Shown here piece after piece: positions 28,117-38,039 of a stretch of 39,572 nucleotides of DNA. The notes beneath the pieces were generated by a model. It did no database searches. It was not told where the DNA came from and worked only from the letters and a program-made list of their open reading frames with translations. The stretch comes from a virus (Duplodnaviria > Heunggongvirae > Uroviricota > Caudoviricetes): IMG/VR virus record IMGVR_UViG_2531839178_000021, positions 1-39,572 of that record. One strand, given 5' to 3'. How positions within the stretch are numbered: position 1 is the first letter of the stretch; each line of letters opens with the position of its first letter. The position numbers and the translations under genes were made by a program.

Positions 28117-28902
28117 ATGTACGATTATAGTTTTTTACTTACTCCATCTACAGGATTTGTTAAAGGATTATGTGGAGTTTGGTCGAATGATTTCTCTATA
28201 AATGATGATTCTGACTCTGATTTAGGGCAAACAGATATTCATTTACTTTCATCTCCTCATTTGAATATCATATCCGACCCAAATGAATTGGCTTCCAAGT
28301 TAAAAGGTTTGTTGATGCTCATGAACGGCGCACTTAGCGTTCTTTATGGTTTTGAAAGATATCAATCTTTTGGTCCTCTTTCTATTTCTGGAAGTGAAGG
28401 CATTAATTACTCGGAAATATGCGGCTTTAAATCAATGGATGTAACTCAGGTAAACCCCTTTAATTTCCATGACATACAGCAACCACACCCTCGCGCTGAT
28501 AATTTTTCACGATTAATTAATTTATCATCTAAACATGAATCCTTACGTGTTGTTTTAGGTATGTGTGCCTTAGGTTATGATTGGGTTAATCTTTATCGTT
28601 TGTGGGAAACAATTAGAGAATATGTATATGATAAATATGTGAAAGGTATACTAAATTTCCCCGACGCTTATAAAGGCAAGAAATATCAGAGAGATAAAGT
28701 AATTAGCATGGCTTTTAATATTGATGAAAAGGAAATCAGCAGATTCACGGGCACTGCTAATAGCTTTGAACTGTTAGGGTATCTTGCGAGACATGGAAAG
28801 GGAAGTTCCGGAGGGATATTAAAAAATCCGATGTCAAGAGTTGACGCAAGCATTTTCGTACACAAAGCAACTTACAAATATTGTAAGTTATTTTTGATGT
28901 AA
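28117..28902 (+). CDS. Hypothetical cargo protein (261 aa), unknown function
   Basis: low-GC ORF with AAGAGGGA RBS; no recognisable motif. Confidence 0.6.
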   Translation: MYDYSFLLTPSTGFVKGLCGVWSNDFSINDDSDSDLGQTDIHLLSSPHLNIISDPNELASKLKGLLMLMNGALSVLYGFERYQSFGPLSISGSEGINYSEICGFKSMDVTQVNPFNFHDIQQPHPRADNFSRLINLSSKHESLRVVLGMCALGYDWVNLYRLWETIREYVYDKYVKGILNFPDAYKGKKYQRDKVISMAFNIDEKEISRFTGTANSFELLGYLARHGKGSSGGILKNPMSRVDASIFVHKATYKYCKLFLM

Positions 28903-29004
28903 GTAAAAAGTTGAAGCTATAATACTCAAAGTATCGAAAACTACGTTCGTCGTGCACTCGAAAACAATATGCTTATTGTGTCTGCACTAATTACTCAAGG
29001 TCCG

Positions 29005-29041
29005 AGAAAAATGGCGAAGCTCATCTTTTTCAGGCTTCGCC
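29005..29041 (-). terminator. Hairpin terminator between the convergent genes 28117-28902 and 29064-29816
   Basis: GGCGAAGC-13 nt loop-GCTTCGCC; on the minus strand followed by ATTTTT. Confidence 0.5.
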
Positions 29042-29063
29042 AACTTGAGTTATTGGTTAAAAT

Positions 29064-29816
29064 TCATTTAGGAATAATAGAATGCAATTCGTGACTCACC
29101 TGGATTTCATAGTGTTTCAATAGTTCTCCGATGTTAATTCCTACTACCTTACGAACTGCGCCGAGGGAGAAGTTAAGCTCCTCAATGCCCGGCCGATCTG
29201 GCGTTGAATTCATATAGTGTCGGCACGCACGGACAATTGACTCGACGATCAACGATAGCGGAGACTCAGGTGCAATCTCGGAGCGAATCGCCGTAAGAGA
29301 GAGTCGGAGCTCCTTCAAAGAATCCGAGACTCGTGCTGGATCCTCTTGAGCATATGGCAGATAAAGAGAACTCTTGTCTTCCAATAAATGGATCAACCGC
29401 AGAGCAATTTTCTCGTCTGGGCGATGCGATAGAAATTGAAACATTAGCCTCTTTCCTCCCTCCAAGCACTCCTTCATTAGTGATTCGTGGTCACGTTTCC
29501 ATTTTCGCAAATACTCGGCGGGGTAGCCCATACCGCCATTCTTATCAACTAAATCAGCACAAGCTCCGCACAACCATATAGCATTTTTTATGCTCTTCCG
29601 CTCTGTTTCTGACTGAGACATGTCATAGCGCGGTCCGCCAGGGCTCGCCGCGCAGATATGCGCCGCCTCACCCGTCTTGATAGAAAGATTTTCCGCCAAT
29701 TGATCCGGGCCGATTGTTACCCTATGACAAGAGGGATTGCTACAAATATATGTAGCGCGCTCTGCTACCTTACCTACAACGCTTGGAGGAAAGTTGTGCC
29801 TATTTGTCTTGGTCAT
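29064..29816 (-). CDS. Hypothetical protein with N-terminal Cys/His cluster resembling an HNH/His-Me-finger nuclease motif
   Basis: YICSNPSCH ... AAHICAASPGG ... NAIWLCGACADLVD; mid-GC; the IS630 copy lies ~70 bp upstream of its start. Confidence 0.45.
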   Translation of the reverse strand: MTKTNRHNFPPSVVGKVAERATYICSNPSCHRVTIGPDQLAENLSIKTGEAAHICAASPGGPRYDMSQSETERKSIKNAIWLCGACADLVDKNGGMGYPAEYLRKWKRDHESLMKECLEGGKRLMFQFLSHRPDEKIALRLIHLLEDKSSLYLPYAQEDPARVSDSLKELRLSLTAIRSEIAPESPLSLIVESIVRACRHYMNSTPDRPGIEELNFSLGAVRKVVGINIGELLKHYEIQVSHELHSIIPK

Positions 29817-29887
29817 AAAAGTTATGCTTCTTTGTTTTTTTCATCTATGTGGGGAGAATAAAATCATACTTTTTATATCTGATCCTA

Positions 29888-31041
29888 AATAGCTGCGCTT
29901 AATACCGCTACACTTTTGCCAGTCCATGTTTGCCTCCGGGGAATGGGCTGACGGTTTCCATAAAATGGCGAACTTTTTTCAACAGTTGCCACATTGAGCG
30001 GCACTGATGATTACGCGTTATTGTGTCGTGAAGTGCCTGCCATAGCCGTTCAACATGATTCACCCATGGCGAGTAAACCGGCTGATAAATGACCCTGAAC
30101 TTCGGGTTCTCCTTCAGCCAGCTCTGTGTTTCCCGGCTTTTGTGGATAATGTAGTTGTCCACGATCAGCGTGATGGTTTTCGCCCGACGCTATGTCGCTT
30201 TAAGCCGCTTCAGCAGGCTGATGAACAGCGCCGAACTTTTTGCTGTTGCCGCCCACATAGCTGACTTTACCTGTCCCGCTGTGCAGCGCTCCGGCCAGAT
30301 AATATTTTTCATTCTGTCCCGGCGTGACCACCCGTTTTTGCTGTCCGCGCAGTTGCCAGTCCGCACCGATTTTGGGATGAAGATGGATATCCACTTCATC
30401 TTCATAAAAGACCGGATGCTCTGCGCTGCATTCGTCCAGTGCTTTATGGATTGCTGCCATCTTTTCATCTTTATGCGGGTCACGGATACGCAGAGTTGGC
30501 GCAGCCCTTCGCCACACAATCCCCGCAGACGGCAACCAGCGGCGAACGGTTCCGGCATTTAACTGGCAACCGGTTATCTCATTGATTTTTATTGCCAGCA
30601 GTTCTGTACTCCAGCGTGAACGCTGGTAGCCAAAGTCGCCGGGAGAATGTTTTACCAGCTCACGTAACAGTGTGCAGATATGCTCAAACGGCCAGCGACG
30701 GGCACGCCCGGCAGGTAATGATTTCAGTCCCTCAACACCCGACTGCGTGAACCAGTTAATCCAGCGTCCAACAGAGGAACGGGCGCAGCAGAGCGTTCTG
30801 GCAACGTCGCTGACACGGTCGCCCCGGTGCAGCATCAGCATGGCAGTCAGTCTGCGGGCATAATTTTTATCGTGTGTTTTATGGATGGCTTTCTGCATCA
30901 GGCGTCGTTCGTCACGGGAAATTGGTGCTATGATCGGCATTGCTCAGTCCGGTTGGTGATTTGTTTTGATTTGGCGATTGATCAGATCGCACAATCCGGG
31001 CTAAGTTCCCTCAAAATGATCTACTATTCCGCGCAGCTATT
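29888..31041 (-). mobile_element. IS630-family insertion sequence (1154 bp), TA duplication within a CTAG target
   Basis: terminal repeats aatagctgcgc (29888-) and gcgcagctatt (-31041); TA at 29886-29887 and 31042-31043 flanked by C and G. Confidence 0.85.
29908..30940 (-). pseudogene. IS630 transposase, split into two ORFs (30200-30940 and 29908-30162) by a frame break
   Basis: N-part MPIIAPISRDERRLMQKAIHKTHDKNYARRL.. and C-part ..NYIIHKSRETQSWLKENPKFRVIYQPVYSPWVNHVERLW together approximate the recalled single 343-aa IS630 transposase. Confidence 0.75.
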
Positions 31042-31214
31042 TAGGTCTGACCAGCAACCTATTGATCAAAAAACCAAGATATTAGCTAAAAAAATCAGCA
31101 TACTTGAGACCAAGCTCAATGTCCGCTCCTCGCTCAAAGCAGACTGTCAGATTTGATAGCATTTGGGCTATGTAAATTGTCAGGCGGAAAATGAGTGAGT
31201 ACAAATCAGGACAG

Positions 31215-31240
31215 GCGGGCGAATTGCCCGCATTTTCTTT
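31215..31240 (+). terminator. Hairpin with T-tract upstream of the FI late promoter region
   Basis: GCGGGC-gaatt-GCCCGC followed by ATTTTCTTT. Confidence 0.4.
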
Positions 31241-31336
31241 ATCTGTTGTTTCATCCCCTGACCAGCCAGGTCAAATAGCGTCTCATGCTCTGCACAACAG
31301 AAAATAGTTGCACCCATTAACCACGGAGTTAAACGG

Positions 31337-32527
31337 ATGAGTGACTATCATCACGGCGTGCAGGTGCTGGAGATTAACGACGGCACCCGCGTCATTTCCA
31401 CCGTATCCACGGCCATTGTCGGCATGGTCTGCACGGCCAGCGATGCAGATGCGGAAACCTTCCCCTTCAATAAACCGGTGCTGATTACCAATGTGCAGAG
31501 CGCAATTGCAAAGGCCGGTAAAAAAGGCACGCTGGCGGCGTCGTTACAGGCCATCGCTGACCAGTCAAAACCGGTCACCGTTGTTGTGCGCGTGGAAGAC
31601 GGCACCGGCGACGACGAAGAAACGAAGCTCGCGCAGACCGTTTCCAATATCATCGGCACCACCGACGAAAACGGTCAGTACACCGGACTGAAAGCCCTGC
31701 TGGCGGCGGAGTCGGTAACCGGTGTTAAACCGCGCATTCTCGGTGTGCCGGGACTGGATACCAAAGAGGTGGCTGTTGCACTGGCATCAGTCTGTCAGAA
31801 GCTGCGCGCTTTCGGGTATATCAGCGCATGGGGCTGTAAAACCATTTCCGAGGTGAAAGCCTACCGCCAGAATTTCAGCCAGCGTGAGCTGATGGTCATC
31901 TGGCCGGATTTCCTCGCATGGGATACGGTCACCAGTACCACCTCCACCGCGTATGCCACCGCCCGTGCGCTGGGGCTGCGCGCTAAAATCGACCAGGAGC
32001 AGGGCTGGCATAAAACGCTGTCCAACGTCGGGGTGAACGGTGTTACCGGCATCAGCGCGTCCGTATTCTGGGATTTGCAGGAGTCCGGCACCGATGCTGA
32101 CCTGCTTAACGAGTCAGGCGTCACAACGCTGATTCGCCGTGACGGTTTCCGCTTCTGGGGTAACCGTACCTGCTCTGATGACCCGCTGTTCCTCTTTGAA
32201 AACTACACCCGCACCGCGCAGGTGCTGGCCGACACGATGGCTGAGGCGCACATGTGGGCGGTGGACAAGCCCATCACCGCAACGCTGATTCGCGACATCG
32301 TTGACGGCATCAATGCCAAATTCCGTGAGCTGAAAACAAACGGCTATATCGTGGATGCGACCTGCTGGTTCAGCGAAGAATCCAACGATGCGGAAACCCT
32401 CAAGGCCGGAAAACTGTATATCGACTACGACTATACACCGGTGCCTCCTCTCGAAAACCTGACCCTGCGCCAGCGTATTACCGATAAATACCTGGCAAAT
32501 CTGGTCACCTCGGTTAACAGCAATTAA
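31337..32527 (+). CDS. FI: Tail sheath protein FI
   Basis: 396-aa ORF MSDYHHGVQVLEINDGTRVISTVSTAIVGMV. Confidence 0.9.
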   Translation: MSDYHHGVQVLEINDGTRVISTVSTAIVGMVCTASDADAETFPFNKPVLITNVQSAIAKAGKKGTLAASLQAIADQSKPVTVVVRVEDGTGDDEETKLAQTVSNIIGTTDENGQYTGLKALLAAESVTGVKPRILGVPGLDTKEVAVALASVCQKLRAFGYISAWGCKTISEVKAYRQNFSQRELMVIWPDFLAWDTVTSTTSTAYATARALGLRAKIDQEQGWHKTLSNVGVNGVTGISASVFWDLQESGTDADLLNESGVTTLIRRDGFRFWGNRTCSDDPLFLFENYTRTAQVLADTMAEAHMWAVDKPITATLIRDIVDGINAKFRELKTNGYIVDATCWFSEESNDAETLKAGKLYIDYDYTPVPPLENLTLRQRITDKYLANLVTSVNSN

Positions 32528-32539
32528 GGAGCCTGACCG

Positions 32540-33057
32540 ATGGCAATGCCGCGCAAACTCAAGTTAATGAACGTCTTTCTGAACGGCTACAGCTATCAGG
32601 GCGTTGCAAAGTCCGTCACGCTGCCAAAACTGACCCGTAAACTCGAAAACTATCGCGGTGCGGGGATGAACGGAAGCGCACCGGTAGACCTCGGCCTTGA
32701 TGACGATGCGCTGTCAATGGAGTGGTCGCTCGGGGCTTCCCGGATTCGGTTATCTGGGAGCTCTACGCCGCAACCGGCGTGGATGCCGTACCGATTCGTT
32801 TTGCTGGCTCTTACCAGCGCGACGATACCGGCGAAACGGTGGCCGTCGAGGTGGTCATGCGTGGCCGTCAGAAAGAAATCGACACCGGCGAGGGGAAACA
32901 GGGAGAAGACACCGAGTCGAAAATCTCCGTGGTCTGCACCTATTTCCGGCTGACGATGGACGGTAAGGAGCTGGTCGAAATCGACACCATCAACATGATT
33001 GAGAAGGTGAACGGTGTCGACCGGCTGGAGCAACACCGCCGCAATATCGGCCTGTGA
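32540..33057 (+). pseudogene. FII: Tail tube protein FII, frame-broken at a G4 run (32732-32735)
   Basis: ORF 32540-32953 (MAMPRKLKLMNVFLNGYSYQGVAKSVTLPKL...SMEWSLG) shifts to ORF 32722-33057 (GFPDSVIWELYAATGVDAVPIRFAG...); deletion-type offset. Confidence 0.8.
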
Positions 33058-33113
33058 TTTTCATCCGGTCAGCCAGGCTGACCGGTTAACCCTGATTCAG
33101 AAGTGAGAAAACC

Positions 33114-33389
33114 ATGAACAAAGAAAATGTGATTACCCTGGACAATCCGGTCAAGCGTGGTGAGCAGGTTATCGAACAGGTCACGCTGATGAAACCCAAT
33201 GCCGGGACGCTGCGCGGTGTCAGTCTGGCTGCGGTCGCAAACTCCGAAGTCGATGCACTGATTAAGGTGCTGCCGCGCATGACGGCACCGATGCTGACCG
33301 AGCAGGAAGTCGCCGCGCTGGAACTGCCTGACCTTGTGGCGCTGGCCGGTAAGGTGGTCGGTTTTTTGTCGCCGAACTCGGTGCAGTAA
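33114..33389 (+). CDS. E: Tail assembly chaperone E
   Basis: 91-aa ORF MNKENVITLDNPVKRGEQVIEQVTLMKPNAG. Confidence 0.85.
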   Translation: MNKENVITLDNPVKRGEQVIEQVTLMKPNAGTLRGVSLAAVANSEVDALIKVLPRMTAPMLTEQEVAALELPDLVALAGKVVGFLSPNSVQ

Positions 33390-33541
33390 CGTTCCCGAAA
33401 AATCTGTCGGTCGATGAGCTGATGGCGGATGTGGCAGTGATATTTCACTGGCCGCCATCAGAACTGTATCCCATGAGTCTGACCGAACTCATCACATGGC
33501 GCGAAAAGGCGCTCCGGCGAAGCGGAAACACGAATGAGTAA
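33114..33541 (+). CDS. E': Tail assembly chaperone E+E' produced by programmed -1 ribosomal frameshift at T TTT TTG (33362-33368)
   Basis: slippery heptamer near the end of E; -1 frame stays open to TAA at 33539-33541, overlapping the T start. Confidence 0.7.
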
Positions 33542-35981
33542 CAATGTAAAATTACAGGTATTGCTCAGGGCTGTTGACCAGGCATCCCGCCCGTTTAAAT
33601 CCATCCGCACAGCGAGCAAGTCGCTGTCGGGGGATATCCGGGAAACACAAAAATCACTGCGCGAGCTGAACGGTCACGCATCCCGTATTGAGGGATTTCG
33701 CAAGACCAGTGCACAGCTCGCCGTGACTGGTCATGCACTTGAAAAGGCACGGCAGGAGGCCGAAGCCCTTGCCACACAGTTTAAAAACACCGAACGTCCC
33801 ACCCGTGCTCAGGCGAAAGTGCTGGAATCCGCAAAGCGTGCGGCGGAGGACTTACAGGCGAAATATAACCGCCTGACGGATTCCGTTAAACGCCAGCAGC
33901 GGGAACTGGCCGCTGTGGGAATTAATACCCGCAATCTTGCACATGATGAGCAGGGACTGAAAAACCGTATCAGTGAAACCACCGCACAACTTAACCGTCA
34001 GCGCGACGCGCTGGCGCGTGTCAGTGCGCAACAGGCAAAACTTAACGCAGTAAAACAGCGTTATCAGGCCGGAAAGGAACTGGCCGGAAATATGGCCTCA
34101 GTAGGCGCTGCCGGTGTGGGGATTGCGGCGGCGGGAACGATGGCCGGAGTTAAGTTGCTGATGCCCGGTTATGAGTTTGCGCAGAAAAACTCAGAATTGC
34201 AGGCCGTGCTAGGAGTGGCAAAAGACTCCGCCGAAATGGCCGCGCTACGCAAGCAGGCGCGCCAGCTCGGTGACAATACCGCCGCCTCAGCGGATGATGC
34301 GGCCGGTGCGCAGATTATCATTGCGAAAGCGGGTGGAGATGTTGATGCCATTCAGGCGGCAACGCCGGTCACGCTGAATATGGCGCTGGCGAACCGCCGC
34401 ACGATGGAAGAAAACGCCGCCCTGCTGATGGGGATGAAATCCGCCTTTCAGCTTTCAAACGATAAGGTTGCTCATATCGGGGATGTTCTCTCCATGACGA
34501 TGAACAAAACCGCCGCCGATTTTGACGGCATGAGCGATGCGCTGACCTATGCCGCACCTGTGGCAAAAAATGCCGGTGTCAGCATTGAAGAAACCGCCGC
34601 AATGGTCGGGGCACTGCATGATGCAAAAATTACCGGTTCAATGGCGGGGACGGGAAGCCGTGCCGTGTTAAGCCGCCTGCAGGCACCGACGGGAAAAGCA
34701 TGGGATGCACTGAAAGAGCTTGGTGTGAAAACCTCAGACAGCAAGGGAAACACCCGGCCAGTATTTACCATTCTGAAAGAAATGCAGGCCAGTTTTGATA
34801 AAAACCGGCTCGGTACTGCCCAGCAGGCTGAATACATGAAAACCATTTTCGGGGAGGAGGCCAGCTCAGCCGCTGCTGTGCTGATGACTGCCGCCTCAAC
34901 CGGAAGGCTGGACAAACTGACCGCTGCGTTTAAAGCCTCAGACGGGAAGACCGCGGAGCTGGTAAATATCATGCAGGACAACCTCGGCGGTGACTTTAAG
35001 GAGTTTCAGTCCGCTTATGAGGCGGTAGGGACTGACCTGTTTGACCAGCAGGAAGGCGCGCTGCGTAAGCTCACGCAGACGGCCACAAAGTATGTGTTAA
35101 AACTCGACGGCTGGATACAGAAAAACAAATCACTGGCGTCAACTATCGGCCTCATTGCCGGTGGCGCACTGGTGCTGACTGGCATCATCGGTGCCATTGG
35201 TCTTGTAGCCTGGCCGGTTATCACCGGCATCAATGCCATTATCGCGGCAGCAGGCGCAATGGGGGCAATCTTCACGACGGTTGGCAGTGCTGTTATGACG
35301 GCCATCGGGGCGATTAGCTGGCCGGTTGTGGCCGTGGTGGCCGCCATTGTCGCCGGGGCGTTGCTTATCCGTAAATACTGGGAGCCTGTCAGCGTATTCT
35401 TCGGCGGTGTGGTTGAAGGGCTGAAAGCGGCATTTGCGCCGGTGGGGGAACTGTTCACGCCACTTAAGCCGGTGTTTGACTGGCTGGGTGAAAAGTTACA
35501 GGCCGCGTGGCAGTGGTTTAAAAACCTGATTGCACCGGTCAAAGCCACCCAGGACACCCTGAACCGTTGCCGTGACACGGGCGTCATGTTCGGGCAGGCA
35601 CTGGCTGACGCGCTGATGCTGCCGCTTAATGCGTTCAACAAACTGCGCAGCGGTATTGACTGGGTACTGGAAAAACTCGGCGTCATCAACAAAGAGTCAG
35701 ACACACTTGACCAGACCGCCGCCAGAACTCATGCCGCCACGTATGGCACCGGTGGTTATATTCCGGCGACCAGCTCTTATGCAGGCTATCAGGCTTATCA
35801 GCCGGTCACGGCACCGGCTGGCCGCTCTTATGTGGACCAGAGTAAAAACGAATATCACATCAGCCTGACCGGTGGTACTGCGCCGGGGACACAGCTTGAC
35901 CGCCAGTTACAGGATGCGCTCGAAAAATACGAGCGGGATAAACGAGCGCGCGCCCGTGCCAGCATGATGCATGACGGTTAA
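33534..35981 (+). CDS. T: Tail tape measure protein T
   Basis: 815-aa ORF, coiled-coil N-terminus, Gly/Ala-rich hydrophobic segment. Confidence 0.9.
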   Translation: MSNNVKLQVLLRAVDQASRPFKSIRTASKSLSGDIRETQKSLRELNGHASRIEGFRKTSAQLAVTGHALEKARQEAEALATQFKNTERPTRAQAKVLESAKRAAEDLQAKYNRLTDSVKRQQRELAAVGINTRNLAHDEQGLKNRISETTAQLNRQRDALARVSAQQAKLNAVKQRYQAGKELAGNMASVGAAGVGIAAAGTMAGVKLLMPGYEFAQKNSELQAVLGVAKDSAEMAALRKQARQLGDNTAASADDAAGAQIIIAKAGGDVDAIQAATPVTLNMALANRRTMEENAALLMGMKSAFQLSNDKVAHIGDVLSMTMNKTAADFDGMSDALTYAAPVAKNAGVSIEETAAMVGALHDAKITGSMAGTGSRAVLSRLQAPTGKAWDALKELGVKTSDSKGNTRPVFTILKEMQASFDKNRLGTAQQAEYMKTIFGEEASSAAAVLMTAASTGRLDKLTAAFKASDGKTAELVNIMQDNLGGDFKEFQSAYEAVGTDLFDQQEGALRKLTQTATKYVLKLDGWIQKNKSLASTIGLIAGGALVLTGIIGAIGLVAWPVITGINAIIAAAGAMGAIFTTVGSAVMTAIGAISWPVVAVVAAIVAGALLIRKYWEPVSVFFGGVVEGLKAAFAPVGELFTPLKPVFDWLGEKLQAAWQWFKNLIAPVKATQDTLNRCRDTGVMFGQALADALMLPLNAFNKLRSGIDWVLEKLGVINKESDTLDQTAARTHAATYGTGGYIPATSSYAGYQAYQPVTAPAGRSYVDQSKNEYHISLTGGTAPGTQLDRQLQDALEKYERDKRARARASMMHDG

Positions 35982-35995
35982 GGAGGTGACGAAAA

Positions 35996-36475
35996 ATGAT
36001 GCTCGCGTTAGGTATGTTTGTTTTTATGCGCCAGACGCTGCCACATCAGACCATGCAGCGTGAATCAGATTATCGCTGGCCGTCAAATTCCCGTATCGGT
36101 AAACGGGATGCCTATCAGTTTCTCGGTGTAGGTGAGGAGAACATCACACTTGCCGGTGTGCTTTATCCCGAACTGACTGGCGGAAAGCTGACGATGACCA
36201 CGCTCAGACTGATGGCAGAGGAAGGCCGGGCGTGGCCGTTGCTGGATGGCACCGGCATGATTTACGACATGTATGTCATCAGCAAGGTGAGTGAAACAGG
36301 GAGTATTTTCTTTGCAGACGGCACACCCCGGAAAATTGATTTTACGCTGTCGCTCACCCGCGTTGATGAGTCACTGGCCGCGCTTTATGGCGATATCGGT
36401 AAACAGGCGGAATCGCTCATCGGTAAGGCTGGCAGTATGGCGACTAAATTCACGGGTATGACGGGGGCGGGATAA
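35996..36475 (+). CDS. U: Tail protein U
   Basis: 159-aa ORF MMLALGMFVFMRQTLPHQTMQRESDYRWPSNSRIG. Confidence 0.85.
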   Translation: MMLALGMFVFMRQTLPHQTMQRESDYRWPSNSRIGKRDAYQFLGVGEENITLAGVLYPELTGGKLTMTTLRLMAEEGRAWPLLDGTGMIYDMYVISKVSETGSIFFADGTPRKIDFTLSLTRVDESLAALYGDIGKQAESLIGKAGSMATKFTGMTGAG

Positions 36476-37638
36476 TGCTGGATGCGCTGACATTTGATGC
36501 AGGCAGTACGCTGACGCCGGATTACATGCTGATGCTCGACAGCAGGGATATTACCGGCAATATCAGCGACCGTCTGATGAGCATGACCCTGACGGATAAC
36601 CGGGGCTTTGAGGCTGACCAGCTTGATATTGAACTGAACGATGCCGACGGGCAGGTCGGGCTGCCGGTTCGTGGCGCTGTCCTGACGGTGTATATCGGCT
36701 GGAAAGGTTTTGCCCTGGTATGCAAAGGGAAATTTACCGTTGATGAGGTTGAACACCGGGGCGCACCGGATGTGGTCACCATCCGCGCCCGGAGTGCAGA
36801 TTTTCGCGGGACGCTCAATTCCCGCCGGGAAGGCTCATGGCATGACACCACGCTCGGTGCGATTGTTGAGGCGATAGCCTCCCGGAACAGGCTGGAAGCC
36901 AGTGTCGCTCCGTCACTGGCCGGAATTAAAATTCCGCACATCGACCAGTCGCAGGAGTCTGATGCGAAATTCCTGACCCGCCTTGCTGAACGCAACGGCG
37001 GTGAGGTGTCGGTAAAAATGGGAAAACTGCTGTTTCTCAAAGCGGGGCAGGGGGTGACGGCCAGCGGTAAAAAAATCCCGCAGATTACCATCACCCGCAG
37101 CGACGGCGACCGTCATCATTTTGCGATTGCTGACCGTGGAGCCTACACCGGCGTAATGGCAAAGTGGTTACACACCAAAGACCCGAAGCCACAAAAGCAG
37201 AAGATAAAACTGAAACGCAAAAAGAAAGAGAAACACCTGCGCGCACTGGAGCACCCGAAAGCGAAACCGGTCAGGCAGAAGAAAGCGCCTAAAGTACCGG
37301 AAGCGCGCGAAGGTGAATACATGGCCGGTGAGGCTGATAACGTTTTTGCCCTGACTACGGTATATGCCACAAAAGCGCAGGCCATGCGCGCCGCTCAGGC
37401 GAAGTGGGATAAGCTGCAACGGGGCGTGGCGGAGTTCTCCATCAGTCTGGCTACTGGTCGGGCAGATATTTACACGGAAACGCCGGTCAAAGTGTCAGGT
37501 TTTAAGCGCGTCATAGACGAGCAGGACTGGACAATCACTAAGGTGACACACTTTCTGAATAATAGCGGCTTCACGACGTCCTTAGAGCTTGAGGTCAGGC
37601 TTTCTGATGTGGAGTACGAAACAGAAGGTGATGAGTAA
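36475..37638 (+). CDS. D: Tail protein D (late control gene D)
   Basis: 387-aa ORF MLDALTFDAGSTLTPDYMLMLDSRDITGNISDRLMSMTL. Confidence 0.85.
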   Translation: MLDALTFDAGSTLTPDYMLMLDSRDITGNISDRLMSMTLTDNRGFEADQLDIELNDADGQVGLPVRGAVLTVYIGWKGFALVCKGKFTVDEVEHRGAPDVVTIRARSADFRGTLNSRREGSWHDTTLGAIVEAIASRNRLEASVAPSLAGIKIPHIDQSQESDAKFLTRLAERNGGEVSVKMGKLLFLKAGQGVTASGKKIPQITITRSDGDRHHFAIADRGAYTGVMAKWLHTKDPKPQKQKIKLKRKKKEKHLRALEHPKAKPVRQKKAPKVPEAREGEYMAGEADNVFALTTVYATKAQAMRAAQAKWDKLQRGVAEFSISLATGRADIYTETPVKVSGFKRVIDEQDWTITKVTHFLNNSGFTTSLELEVRLSDVEYETEGDE

Positions 37639-37719
37639 TGTTTTGTTTTTATCTGTTTGTTTTATAAGGGTAAATTAACTAAAATGGCACCGTCAACAAA
37701 ACCGGAAGAGGTGCTCGCG

Positions 37720-37938
37720 ATGTTTCATTGTCCTTTATGCCAGCATGCCGCACATGCGCGTACAAGCCGCTATATCACTGACACGACAAAAGAGCGTTAT
37801 CACCAGTGTCAGAACGTGAATTGCAGTGCCACGTTCATCACTTATGAGTCGGTACAGCGATACATCGTGAAGCCGGGAGAAGTCCACGCCGTAAGGCCGC
37901 ACCCGTTGCCATCAGGGCAGCAAATTATGTGGATGTAA
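37720..37938 (+). CDS. ogr: Ogr, zinc-finger activator of late transcription (72 aa)
   Basis: MFHCPLCQHAAHARTSRYITDTTKERYHQCQNVNCSATF, C4 zinc finger. Confidence 0.9.
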   Translation: MFHCPLCQHAAHARTSRYITDTTKERYHQCQNVNCSATFITYESVQRYIVKPGEVHAVRPHPLPSGQQIMWM

Positions 37939-37949
37939 TTACAAACAGA

Positions 37950-37976
37950 AAGCCCCTCAGTCGAGGGGCTTTTTTG
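37950..37976 (+). terminator. Rho-independent terminator after ogr
   Basis: AGCCCCTC-agtc-GAGGGGCT followed by TTTTT. Confidence 0.75.
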
Positions 37977-38039
37977 TCGATGTGGTCAATGTGTGGACGT
38001 GACCAGAAATAAATCCTTTTATTTCAATTTATTGTACGT

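Noticed and set aside
31241-31336. Ogr-dependent late promoter upstream of FI
   Set aside because: A late promoter is expected here, but I could not find a convincing TGT-N12-ACA element by eye, so it is not reported as a feature.
35015-35704. 229-aa minus-strand ORF
   Set aside because: Antisense within tape measure gene T; Ala/Ser/Thr-rich shadow frame.
36522-37094. 190-aa minus-strand ORF
   Set aside because: Antisense within tail gene D.
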